Below, in pieces: positions 26,584 through 39,005 of a stretch of DNA of 64,000 bases. This DNA is from Eledone cirrhosa (Eukaryota). The notes beneath the pieces are model-generated. The model did not search any database and had not been told where the DNA came from. It saw only the letters and a program-made list of their open reading frames with translations. Positions within the stretch are counted from its first letter, which is position 1. Every line of letters begins with the position of its first letter. The translations under genes and the position numbers were made by a program. The DNA lies in assembly GCA_964016885.1 (NCBI GenBank), contig OZ024740.1:286316001-286380000 (forward strand), read 5' to 3'.

Positions 26584-26814
26584 GTGTGTGTCTTGGTATA
26601 AAGTTCATCTCATGACAACCATTGTGCTTGAAATTTTATTTATGTTTGTCATGTCAAAACACCTCAGCAACAATTGTTGTTATTCTCTTACTTTCTTTGT
26701 ATTCAGTGAATGCACCAGAATAAGTCCTATTTTCAGTTTAAAGCTTTGAATATAATGTATTTATTTCTATAGTTACAAACAACAATAAACTGATCTACTA
26801 GCCATCTATCATCG

Positions 26815-26869
26815 GCATGTCTTTGTATTGTCCCCTTTCTTGTTGCGCCCTTGTGGCTAATAAAGAAAT
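26815..26869 (+). mobile_element. 55-bp extreme 3' end of a Tx1-like LINE with 13-bp TSD
   Basis: Perfect direct repeat CCATCTATCATCG at 26802-26814 and 26870-26882. The insert aligns with the 3' terminal about 50 nt of the Tx1 element at 888-940 and carries AATAAA. Confidence 0.8.
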
Positions 26870-27230
26870 CCATCTATCATCGTTTGGGTTTTGTTATACT
26901 CTGACATGAGTGACTTTTAATCTATGTAATCAAGTTCTCTCTTTATTTCTTCTTCTCTGTATATGTATATATGTATGTATATGTTTTGATGCCTTGATAA
27001 AAAGCACTGTTTTCACACTTTAAAGTAGTGGTGCTGGTACCATGGTAAAATGCTCCCAGTACATGCTGCAAAGTGGTTAGTGTAGGGAAGGGCATCCAGC
27101 TGTAGAAACCATATCAAAAATGAAATATATGAGCTATGGGTGGTCATCTAACCTCGGGACATGGCAGCTTGTCCAACCCATGCAAGCATGGAAAATAGGT
27201 GTTAATTGGTGGTGGTGGTGCTGATTATAT

Positions 27231-27625
27231 CATCATCATCATTTTACGTCCGCTTTTCCCTGCTTGCAAGGGTGGGACGGGTCTTATTCAGCACAGCATC
27301 TCTCCACTTGTGACAGTCCTTCGTCATCTCCACCATGAGCTTCAGTGATCTGAGGTCTGTTCTCACCACCTCAGCCCATGTTTTTCGTGGTCTACCTCTA
27401 CCACATCTTCCTTCAACTGGCATTTCCTGGCACTTCTTCACCCATCGGTCATCCTCCATGCGCATCACATGTCCATGCCACCGCAGTCTCCTCTCTCGCA
27501 CACTACATTCTATCCCTCTCAGACACAGTTTCTCTCTCAACACATCCATGCTGGGTCGTTCATGCACATTGACATTGCACATCCAACGGAGCATGCTTGC
27601 CTCATTTCTCTCCAGCCATCGCATA
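27231..27625 (-). mobile_element. 5'-truncated RTE LINE 3' end with (ATG)n tail
   Basis: Open frame 27244-27624: RWLERNEASMLRWMC...RERRLRWHGHVMRM...GRGRPRKTW, the typical RTE ORF C-terminus. The stop codon is immediately followed by the (ATG)n tail. Confidence 0.92.
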
Positions 27626-27721
27626 TCTTTATATGTGTATAAATATATAAAGGAAGTGTGTTGGAAAGTGTCGAGTGGGGTTTGAAGATTGAAATAGAAG
27701 ACTTCATGATAACTATTTGAC

Positions 27722-28165
27722 TAAATAAAATAGTCTAATAATAATTGTTTCTACTTTTGGTACAAGGCCAGCAATTAACCAGTGCATTACTGGTACTTTA
27801 TTTTATCGACCCCGTAAGGATGAAAGGCAAAGTTAACCTCGGCGGGATTTGAACTCAGAATGGCAAGGGCCAGAACTCTATGCATCAAAGCATGGCGTCC
27901 GACCCTCTACCGATACTGCCAATCCACAATAATGGGGGTTATAAAGCCACTGAACAGAAAAAGGTGGGCATCAGCACACAAAATAGGGCATATAAACCTA
28001 CTGAACAGAAAAAGATGGGCATCAGCACACAAAATAGTCTATTAATAATAGGGCATATAAACTTACCGAACAGAAAAAGATGGGCATCAGCACGTGTGTG
28101 TTGAAGCCTATCTTTTTCTGTTCAGTGAGTTTATATGTCCTGTTATTATTAGACTATTTTATTTA
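27722..28165. repeat. Palindromic element: three tandem copies of an about 51-65-bp unit plus one inverted copy, left arm interrupted by a SINE
   Basis: Outer ends TAAATAAAATAGTCTAATAATAA (27722-27744) / TTATTATTAGACTATTTTATTTA (28143-28165). Unit GGGCATATAAAC.TACTGAACAGAAAAAGATGGGCATCAGCACAC occurs three times (about 27934-28093), then as a reverse complement (about 28096-28165). Confidence 0.85.
27743..27927 (-). mobile_element. Full-length tRNA-derived SINE, family B
   Basis: Minus-strand head GTGGATTGGCAGTATCGGTAGAGGGTCGGAC (A box) and GAGTTCAAATCC (B box); probable TSD AATAAT on both sides. Confidence 0.88.
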
Positions 28166-28336
28166 CTCAGAAGACTTTGACATTACTTTTTATTTCAATT
28201 ATCATCATCATTAACATCCATCTTTCACGCTCGCATGGGTAGGATGGGTTGTCCCTTTGTGAAGGGTCAGGTTGGGGGACTGTGATTCCTTCACACAGAA
28301 CTGAGTTTGTTTGGTTTCTATGGGTATTTTGTATAT

Positions 28337-28528
28337 ATATAATATAGGGAAGAAGACACACAAGAGAGAGTGTGTGTTTATCAAGCTGGGTTGTTTCATT
28401 TTAATTTATCTTTTTAATTATATGTATCTGCCTCACTTTTCTTAGTTTATAAATTCCATACGCTAGTGGTATTCCCTGTAACTTGATAAACACACTCTCT
28501 CTAGTGTGTTTTCTTCTCTATATTATAT
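28337..28528. repeat. Inverted-repeat (foldback) element with about 48-bp arms
   Basis: ATATAATATAGGGAAGAAGACACACAAGAGAGAGTGTGTGTTTATCAAG (about 28337-28385) pairs with CTTGATAAACACACTCTCTCTAGTGTGTTTTCTTCTCTATATTATAT (28482-28528). Confidence 0.8.
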
Positions 28529-28616
28529 TTGAAGAGCTCGGGATACTTTTTCCTTTGAGTTCATGAATTACAGGGACTAATGCGAGTTTTTGACTCGGTT
28601 ACTTCATTTTGATATA

Positions 28617-28920
28617 TCATCATCATCATCATTTTACATCTGCTTTTCCCTGCTTGCAAGGGTGGGATGGGAACTGATTCTGGCTTGATTTCTACAGCTG
28701 GATACCCTTCCTAACACCAACCTCATTTACAGTGAGTGCTGGGTGCTTTTTTGCTGTGGCACCTCCACGACCACTTTGCAGTGGAATGATAGGGACCCCA
28801 GTCCTATCATCACATTTCTACAGCCGTGTAAACTGGAGCAATGTGAAATAAAGTATCTTGCTCAAGGAAACAACACATCACCCGGTCTGAGAATTGAACT
28901 CACAACCTTTCGATTGCAAT
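28617..28920 (-). mobile_element. SINE family A, short RTE-tail variant
   Basis: Reverse complement of 14917-15207 with few differences; (CAT)n tail at the left end. Confidence 0.88.
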
Positions 28921-31086
28921 GTGTGTGTGTGTATGTATACACACACACACACATACGCACATACACACTCTCTCTCTCTCTCTTTCCTCATCTCCATGAC
29001 TGTTTGTCTTGTCACTTAGCGGTTCAACAATAGATCAATAAAATAATATACTGGAATTAATATGATCTAGTAAATCTCTTAGAGATGGTGCCTCAGCATG
29101 GTCGCAGTCTAGTAACTAAAACCAGTTAAAGGATAATTAAAGATTTAGAGGTTTCAGTACTATGACATGAAACAGGATAATTAAAAACTGTGATGACCCC
29201 TGTAGATGGTTGTGTATTCACATACACTCACTTACTAGGAGTGAACCTGAAACAAAATGGCTGCAAAGTAAACTCGGCCATGCCTGCGTTTATGTGAACT
29301 TAAGATGAACCAGAGGAAAACTATCAATTAGGTTTGGTCTCCAAGCTGTATTCTTCTTGCATGCAACACTAATGCATTTGGCAAAAACAAATAATAAAGC
29401 TTATACATTTTGTTTGCTCTTCTTCTGAGGTCACCCTATTGATATGTGCTTCTAATCATGAACATACAGGTAAATTCATATATGTTATATTTATTGTGTA
29501 TGTGTTATCCCAACCCATGAAAGCATGGACAAAGCAGGCATAAAGATGATGTATATGTGTGTATTTGTATGTATGTATATATGTATTAACAATTATGTGT
29601 GTGAAATAAGATTTTTGACTGATCAAAAGGGAAAGATTGACTTAAGTTTCCAATGAAAGACAATACTTTTGATTTAAAAAATGTTTAAAATAATCAAGTA
29701 TTTGGAAGGATTTATTAATATAACTAACTTTTTCATTATTAAGCGGGTGTTTCGAGCATAACAAAGGTTCATACATAGAATTATGGTGGGCTGTTTTTAG
29801 ATTAATATAAACTCTTTAAAATAAACAGCTTAGTATCAAAGGCAATTTTGGATGATTTGGTTTCAAAAGGAGTTTGTAGCATGACATTCTGTTCAACCTT
29901 TGATTTTATTGGCATCTAGGAAAAGTGAAAGAAAGTATATATGGTTGTAAAACCTCATAACTTCACTAGTAAATTCTTCTATAATTTTGATCTGGGTAAT
30001 AGTTAGTAAAAGTAAATTAAAATTAAAAATAAAATGTATAATGAATCTAATTTGAATATTAGTAGGTTAATAAAATGTAGTTTGTTCATTGACTTCTGAT
30101 CAAACCTTATTATTAACAAAAAACTTTCATAAAAAAATATTATAGTGAGGCACAGTGTAAAAAAACATCTTTCAGTATTTTAACATTGCTATATATATAT
30201 GTCCAAAGGCAGTGAATTGACAGTGTTACTTAGAAAGTCAAATAGTGCTTTGTGGTATTCAGTCCGGTTCTCTGCTCTCTGAAGTCAACTCTGCGTTTCA
30301 TTTTCTCAAGGTCGATAAAAAAGTACCAATCTAGTACTGGGGTCGATTCTTCATCAATCTCTCTTTCTCACTTCCTCTCCTTCTCTGGAAGAAATCTCCT
30401 GCACTCAGGCCTGGAGAGGGTTTGGCTCCGCTAGGCTTAAAATGCCCCCAAAAATGCTGTATGCCATACTATACCACCTATATATATCTCCAACTCATAC
30501 AAGCACGGAAAAAAATGGATGTAAAATTATGAATATTGAGTGTGTATCGACACCTGTGCTTCTTTTTATTACCCCACCTAAGAAAAAAAAGCTCCATGAT
30601 CAATGTTAATCTTTTATGATTTTAACATTTTTTTGTCTTTGTGACCACTAGCATAGATGAAACATAAATGCTAGCTAATCAATGCACCTAAACTAGGTCA
30701 ATAAGAAATTATTATCCATTTCCCCATGCTAATTCTTGAAATTAATATCAATCAATCATTTTGAATATTCAGTAACAGCTGCGTTTATTTCTCGACATAT
30801 TTGATGAATATTTAAATAGTATACATATGGTTATATTATGTATATTTTCATGCTACATAATAATTTTAATGTTTTCTCTTTAAATTGCTTTCATTTTGGC
30901 TAGTCACTATTGTATTTTTAAAAAAAATATAATCTTCTGCAAACTTGGCTGAAAGATATAAAACATTTAAAGATTTTATTTGCAAAGAAACCTGTTGTAA
31001 TAACTGAAACCAAGTATAATAGCTACTATGCATATTGTCAAAATATAAATACATAAATGTGTTCATTTAATAAAAACATTAATAAC

Positions 31087-31160
31087 TTTAATTTCCATTA
31101 AGAATTTTGATTCTTAATTATTTTTAATTTCCATTAAGAATTTTGATTCTTAATTATTTT
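31087..31160. repeat. 36-bp tandem duplication containing a 9-bp hairpin
   Basis: TTTAATTTCCATTAAGAATTTTGATTCTTAATTATT twice; each copy contains ATTAAGAAT-TTTG-ATTCTTAAT. Confidence 0.85.
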
Positions 31161-31173
31161 TTATTTATTAAAA

Positions 31174-31790
31174 ACTAGTAAAAACCCAGCGCTTCATTGC
31201 CGGTAAAAATATGTGTTAATCATGTAAGTACCTTAAATTGTTCTAATAATGTTTAGATTGATATTCTTGGTGAAGATTGATAACAGTATTGAATAATATT
31301 TATTTAAAATATTTTGTTTCATATTCTACAGAATAAGTATATTCACTCGGGAATTTTAAGTGGTTAGTTTCTATGGTGGCAACAGTCTTGTAAACTTTTC
31401 TAATGAAAGATATTGAAATATGTTATGTTGAAGGCACTGGATTGTTGAATTACGCTTTAACCGGCTGTATCTGGCTAGAATTCTCTCACCTCTTTTTGTT
31501 CATACTTATGTCAAAGTATTGTTCTCAAAATAAATATCAAAATCTCGAAGATTCGATATCATGTGGTATAATTATGTGAGATAAAGCCTTTACTGTGAAA
31601 ATACAATTGTAAATATAATGTAAATGTTAAAGGGTTACACCATCTATCTATTTTTCACACACGCACGCTCGCTCACTCTTTCCCTGTATTTTTCTCTTAA
31701 CAACTTTTCACTCCTCCCCTTAAACTCGTTAGTTACTATAGTGACAACACTCTAGCTATCTATCTTTCACACACACCCTCTTTCTCTCTG
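31174..31790 (-). mobile_element. Probable degraded Helitron remnant
   Basis: ACTAG followed by a decayed GC hairpin (AAAACCCAGCGCTTCATTGCCGGT) resembles a minus-strand Helitron 3' end. The right boundary is uncertain. Confidence 0.35.
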
Positions 31791-32802
31791 CTCCGTCAGA
31801 CCTATGATAAAAGGCATTCAATTAAAGGAGTTTTTATGCAGTTGGTCAACCAGTTAGAAACACCAGTTCTTTTCATATATATTTGCATCTTTCTCTTGTG
31901 TGTCCTTGGTTTCCATCTTATTTTGTAGGTGTGGGGATTGGCAGAACTGTTAGGTCATTGGACAAAATGTTTTGTGGCATTTGTTCCAGCCCTTTACATT
32001 TGTAGTTCAAGGTCAACTTTGCCTTCCATCTTTAAGAAGTTCAATAAAGTACCAGTTAAGTTGATTTAATCAACTTACTTCTCACCCAAATTGCTGACCT
32101 TGTGCTTCAATTAGAAATTATTATTTTGTAGGTGTAACATTTTGAGAATGTGGTTATGTGCTATGTATTTATATATATATATAATACATTTTCATTTTGT
32201 TTTACTAAAATAAATAACATCACAGCTTTATATATATATAATAATGTATGTCTGTGTATTTGTCCTTTATTTGAAAAAATATTTTAAAATATCCCATTTG
32301 ATATATTGAGAATTCAAATTTTATAATAGTTTGCAGTCTTTAGAAAATAGGCTATTCACCTGTGGAATGTGTGTAGGAAGAACAAGTTTTATGTGTATCT
32401 ACAAAAATAAAATGGGTTGTATGAAATGAGAAATACCACTAGTAACTTTTATTTAAAGCATTTCAATTAACACCTTGGATTCCATAGATTTGCAACAACA
32501 CCTCCACAATGTTGATTATTAGCATAAAGTGCAAGTACCTTAGAGATGTTTCCTTTCTCTATCTCTCACTCTTTTGTGAAGGTGTCTCTCTCTCTTTCTC
32601 TCTCACTCTCTCTCACATACTGCTTTTGTGAAGGTGTTTTGACATAAACCTAATTGTTAAGAGATTTCTGTTTTGAAAACCCTGAAAGAAGTTTGTGACT
32701 TGTCCTAATTTTGGATATAGATAAATAAGCTTTATGACAATATATATACTGAAGATTATTTGGATTATTCAAGTCAATTTTTCTTTCCCTTTCCTTTTTT
32801 TC

Positions 32803-32838
<36 letters not shown>

Positions 32839-34886
32839 TGAAGGGCAAAATACCTTGTATTTGTTCTGATTTACTGTGCTGATTTCAAATCCTGCTGAAG
32901 TCAACGTTACCTTTCATATTTCTGGTGTTGATAGAATAAAGAATTGACAAAATGGACTTTCCCTTGTGTCCAAATTGTTTACTTTGTATCTTAAATTAGA
33001 AACTGTTATTGATGGTTTGCACAGTAAATATTATCACTGGATCTTCTACTGCCTGTCTAGTCTCAAGAAGGACCTTAGACAGACAGCACTTTACTAAGTA
33101 TATGTGCAATGCCCAACAATGCAGTCTTTTGTAGGAGAGCAATTCTTGATTCAAGATAGATTTGCTTAAAATACTCTCTCAGTTGTTGTGGAATTGAGCC
33201 CAAAGCTCTGATGATAACTATATTATCTTGATGTTGTTAGGTGGTGTTGACCACATTCAAGCACTTATGATCTTCATTAATATTATGGATTAACTGAGTC
33301 AGTAGAGCATCAGACATGCTTTGCAGCATATAATTATGGCCCTTTATGTTCTCAGTTCAAATCCTGCTAAGATTAGCTTTACCTTTTATCCTTATGGAGT
33401 CAATGAAATAAAGTACCAGAAATGCTCTGGGTCGATTTAACCAACTTTTTCCTTGCCTTCAAATCTCTGGCGTAGAAATTATTATTATTTTATATTGAAA
33501 ATGGAGAGACATGTGTATTTTGGAAAATGTAATCCTTGATGCATTATACTTAAAAACAAAACAACTGGATGATAGTGGCTTTAATGCTTTAATCATAATT
33601 TTAAACAGCAACAACATGCATATACATGTACAAGAGAAACCTCTATGCAATTACTCAATCTGCTAGAAACAGCTATATCGCTCTTAAATTACAGCCTACG
33701 TTTTAGAAAGAGAAAGACACAGATAATGTAGTCGTGTATATATACTGTCTCTGAAAAAAATAGTATAGTCATGGCTTGAATGCATTTTTAACATAGTTTT
33801 GTTCAATCAGGGCTAACCTGGGTTAAATAATAATAACGTTCTCAGGAATATATAAACTATTTAGTTGTTTAAAACTTCTGCATATTTATGATTGAATCAC
33901 TGAAGGGCTTTATTTGATCTTTTATATAAATTGATGGTTTGGCCGTCAAGTGTAGTTTTAGATATTTTCATCATCATCATTTAATGTTCATCTTTGCTGG
34001 TTTAAGTTGGATAGGTTGTCATGATCTGAGACTAGATGGGCCAGAGAGCCTACATCTTTCTCACATATTCTGTATTTTGGCATAGTTTCTACAACTTGAT
34101 GCCCTTCCCCATGCCAACCACTTTACAATGTACTGGATGTATTTTATTGTATCAGTAAAACTATTTTGCAGATGGAACTGGATACATTTTATGGCATCAT
34201 CAACTAGAGAGGTCATGTATTCGGTAAAACTGAAGAGAACTCTCTACCCTATATTACTTCCATTTGATCGCCAAATACTTTAGAGTGTACTGGGTGTATT
34301 TTATTGCAGGCACCAATATACTTTGTAGTTGTACATTGTATATTGGTTGTTTGCTAATCCTTTATAATTACGCTGTCATTGTTTTCTTGTTGACAATCCT
34401 TTCCATACTTTTTTTAATCATTATTTTCATCATTATCATCAATCATTACCAGATTTATATCTATTTTCTGCTGATATAACTAGAACTAGTCTACCTAACA
34501 CAGATTATTTCCATCAGTCTTTATCCAATGTTATTTCATGTGAACAGCAAACTTTCGAAAGTCTGATTTAACTATTTTATTCCCAACTCTTTTGTATCCC
34601 ATCTTTCCTTTTGTATTTTAGTTACTATGTTCTCTCAAGTTGCAGACTTTTCATCTACTATATATCCCAATTCTCTTCATATCTACAAAGTTTCCATTGT
34701 ATTTTTTTTTCTTATGTATTTATCTTACACACTTCTCATGTATCTTGGCCTTTGTAGCTTGAAATAACAGCTTTAAGCAATCCAGAGGTTGTTTTAAAGA
34801 CACTCAAGTGTGTGTGTGTGTGTGTGTGTGTGTGAATTTTATGTTAAAAATAGAACTTGGAAATAATGGTTAATGATGGTCTATCT

Positions 34887-35054
34887 CAGTATTTCTCTAA
34901 GTGGGCAATACTTTGGTGAGGCATAGAACTTCAGAATGTGGTATATATATACTATGTTGTTTATTAACTTTGTCCAATCATGGTGGGAAACAGGTTTTTC
35001 TTTTTCTTCTTGGAAATCAAAGTGGGGCATGGGACAAAAGATTGAGAACCACTG
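34887..35054. mobile_element. hAT (MER5/Charlie-like) MITE
   Basis: Ends CAGTATTTCTCTAA / TTGAGAACCACTG; partially matching 8-bp flanks GTCTATCT / GCCTACAT. Confidence 0.55.
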
Positions 35055-38000
35055 GCCTACATAGTCAATTTTGAAAAAAATATATATGGGGATGCCTTGT
35101 ATTCTTTTAAATCCCTAGACCATGGAAAATATCTAGGACAAGTTAGATTAACAGTATCATCTCCTCTACAATCATGTTCTATTTGAGCTCAGTAAATGAC
35201 AAACCCAATAAATGACAAACACTTGTCAGTTATATAGTACGTGTATTTACCCCAGTAGATTGTATTTGACTATGGTGTTTATTTCTATTTACAGCTAGGT
35301 AGCACAAACATTGCTGATGTTGAGGTAGTTCAGCACTCTGTTTATTTTGGTTTGCTGAACCTCTTGTTAACATACATCTAACAAATTACAGTTATAAACA
35401 TAGCATAAATATACATACAGCTATTCATTCTAAATTGTATAAAAATATATCTGCTGCTTTACATTATAATGAACCATGCAATAAATTCACTGTATATTCT
35501 TAAGAATAACAATGTTGGTGTTGATCATGGTGGCTGACATTTACATTTTTTAATACTAGTATCAATTGTTACCCTATCATTTTAATATTTCAATCAAAAG
35601 TTGAATTAGTGTTTGTCACTCACCTAGGAATTAGTTTAATACTGTAATCTCAGCTAACCATACAGGAAAAGGTTTGAGGGTTGTCAAAGGTAGTTTTATC
35701 ATTTATGTGAACTTTCTTTGCTGAAAGCTTACAAAAATGTTCATAATATACCTTTTTATGTTGTTCTAAAGAAAATAATACTATGTGGGTGAATGGAAGA
35801 ATATATGGAGTTGGTGTGTAGGGGTATTAATTAAAAGTGGAAATATTATGGTATATAGTAATATGTATGGCAACAAAATGGGAGGGTGCTTAGAATATCA
35901 GATGACGGCTTTGCAGTATTTGTTCTGGTTCTCTGTACGCTAAGTCAATTTTGTCTTTCATCCTTTTGTAGTCAATAAAGTACTAATTAGTACATTATTC
36001 CAAGATGTGGAAAGCAAAAGAGGGGCCACTGAATAGCTGATAACCCAACTCAAGACTCCGTCAAGCTCCCTTGAATTTTGAGAGGAGCTTCCACTTCTCT
36101 GGGACCCCAAAATATTTTTGTTCTATCATGCAAAATTTAGTTGATCTAAAACCAATGTTGCATGCAAATGAAACATCTGTTGTAAAATGTTGCTTTTTTT
36201 GCTGACAGGAGTAAAGAACACTTTTTCATGGCACCAGTGGCATGGCTAGAGTTTGTGGGCCATATTTTCTCTATTCAAATCTTATCACACAGTCACGATA
36301 TGATGTCTTTAAGAACCATAGCTTTATTAGAAAATAATTTCCATTCTCTGCTGCATAGTATTAGGAAAGGAAACTGTAAAATAGTGGATTATAATGATGT
36401 ATCCAATCATGCTATAGAATATGTTTACATTATCATTATTGATTATACAGCATATGGTGGTGTAAATTCATTCCAAATCTATGTTCCTGTCAATAAATAT
36501 TTGGCCTGAATTAGATTCATAACTTAGTGACTAAAACAATCATAAGTATTATATTGAGCAGCATTTCATTCATTGCTAGTTGTTAGGGTTTTCAATAACA
36601 ACTAGTACGACTGGTAACAACCATGAATGTTTGAAGCTGTTTCTATTTTAAATTGTTTGTTTTGCGGCTTCACTGTTTACAAATGGAGGATGAAGAATAA
36701 GAAATACCTTCTGGATAATAAAACTGAACATAAAAATAATCTTGCAAGGTATATTTGATCTATTTTCTAAAGAATTCTCACTTGGCAGAAGTAATTAATT
36801 TGAACTGTTGCAAGACTAAAAAGCTGTAAAATATTTTAATTTGCTCGTATTCATTTTTGTTTCTTTTCTTAAATGATGAAATACCTAATTAGCTTGGTTT
36901 AACTTCATAATGCTTTCATTTTTATCTCATCACTGGTTCTGTGTTGTACTCTTAATCAGTTTATTCTTGATGGAGATTAGAAACCATGAGTAGAATTGAT
37001 TGCTTATAAAATACAAAATTGGCTGATTTAATCTTCACAAAAATTAATTTAGCTTTTCTCATAGTTTACTTGTTATTGAGAGTAAAGTTAGATTAAATCT
37101 GATTTATTTCTAAATATTCGATAATGCATAATGTTAGAACTAGATATATTTCTTATGAGGTTTGTATAGTTACTGTCTGTATCAGTCTCCACATGGCTCT
37201 TACATTCTATACAGATAATTTGGACGATCAAGCTGTATTATTTCGTGCCATGCCAATCCTTGACATCAAGTAAATTATTTTCAACATTAGGAATATTGCT
37301 ATTGCTTAATTCATGCTATTTACATTTCTGAAAGTCTTTCAGAGTTTACATAACAAATACACATACACTTTGTTAAAATTAAATAACCTTAACTAAAAAA
37401 ACAGCACGTTTATTGTTGATGTGGTTAGACTGTATGATATAATCAAATATTAGCTTATTCATAAAATTGTTGTTTGCATAATTTTTTTACTGTTAAAATA
37501 GCTGTCAGCAGGAACAAAACATGTTTCTACGGTAACATTTTGGTTAAAACTGTTAATTTCTAAGTGATAATTATCTTCTCTGTAGTTGGAATTTAAATGT
37601 TTCAAGGAGAGAACTATTTCTGTTAAACTTTTTCTCTATTTTTTTTTTTTTGTGTTCCCTTTCTACCTACCAATAAAGTGTAAGATATTCGATCTATATA
37701 GTTATTGCCACTAAACCGACAAATATTGCCATCAAAGCATTCTTAAACATTAGTATTAGTGTATCAATGCCTTGATGCAATTTTGCTTTACTGATGAGAT
37801 GGAGCTTTGCAACAGATTTTGAATTCAATTCAATTGTGCATCACCTTTGGGAAGTGTCTTCTACCATAGCATCAGGTCAACCAAACCCTTATTAGTGAAA
37901 TTTGTTAGAAACTGTGTAGAAGTGTGTGTGTGATAGAGTTAATATGTTGCCTGGTTTAACACCCTGGTTCATGGGTGCTTTTAGTGGAGTCCACTCTGTT

Positions 38001-39005
38001 GCAAACATTCATGTTAGGTTTCTGGCCTGAAAATAGCTTCCTCTATTTCCCCACAAGTCCTAGAGGCTCTGGAAAGGGCCATGGATACTGCTCTTCCATC
38101 TGACTAATCCATTAAAGAATTAAATAAAGATAATTACACTTTTAACAGTGTCCAAAGTTTCTCTTGGGGTTGAAACATTCACAAACACACCAGATACAAT
38201 TCCAGTTCTCTATTCCTACTGACACTGTTTCTGACATTTTTTTAAATTCTGAAAACTTCTGTTTAGTCTTTCACTAACATTGAACAACCTGTTAACTATA
38301 CTATTTAACACTGATACATTCTTTTAGTTATACCACCAAATTCAATTATTTGGATGGTTGGCTGGCATAGTCTGATAAGGTGGTGAATTGGCAGTTAGAG
38401 CTTTGGACGTAATGTATTGTATTTGTTCTAACTTTCTGTGTTTTGAATTCAAATCTTGCTGCAGTCAATTTTGCCCTTCATCCTTTTGGATTGATAAATA
38501 CAGTACATTCTAGAGTGGTTGATTAGTAGAATTGCTAAAGTGATAGGCAGGATGTCTTGCAGTATCTCTTATGACTATGTATTCTGACTTCAAATCCCAC
38601 CTTCTATCACTGGAAAGTTGTTGTATGATAAGATTTTTAAAATATCATTAAAACATCAAATAAACCTAAGAAATGCAACTGCATAGGGGCTGGCTAAACT
38701 TATACAAGTAGAATTGTAAAAATAACATAGTTTGATGGTTATTTTCCATCTCATTATATAAACTATATTGACTAATAAGTAGCATGCTATTGAGAAGGAA
38801 AGATTCTCACCAAATATGACAAAATTAACTCTGGTTGAATGCTTTATTATGATTATAGATTTATTGTATCATGACAGGATCTAATGTTGTTATCCCATCT
38901 AGTTCATGATGAAGCAGAGGAATTATAGATTTGCAAAGTTGATATATATATAATGTAGCAAAGGAAATAATATATTTGATAATGATAATAGTGATGTTAT
39001 TGATA

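Noticed and set aside
27934-28093. Three repeats that superficially resemble a CRISPR array
   Set aside because: Units are contiguous without unique spacers, an inverted copy follows, the context is eukaryotic and there are no cas genes.
21270-38100. Two homologous about 140-bp segments (21290-21410 and 37950-38090) as a possible duplicated exon
   Set aside because: Both contain stops or lack splice signals; most likely old interspersed-repeat fragments that I could not classify.
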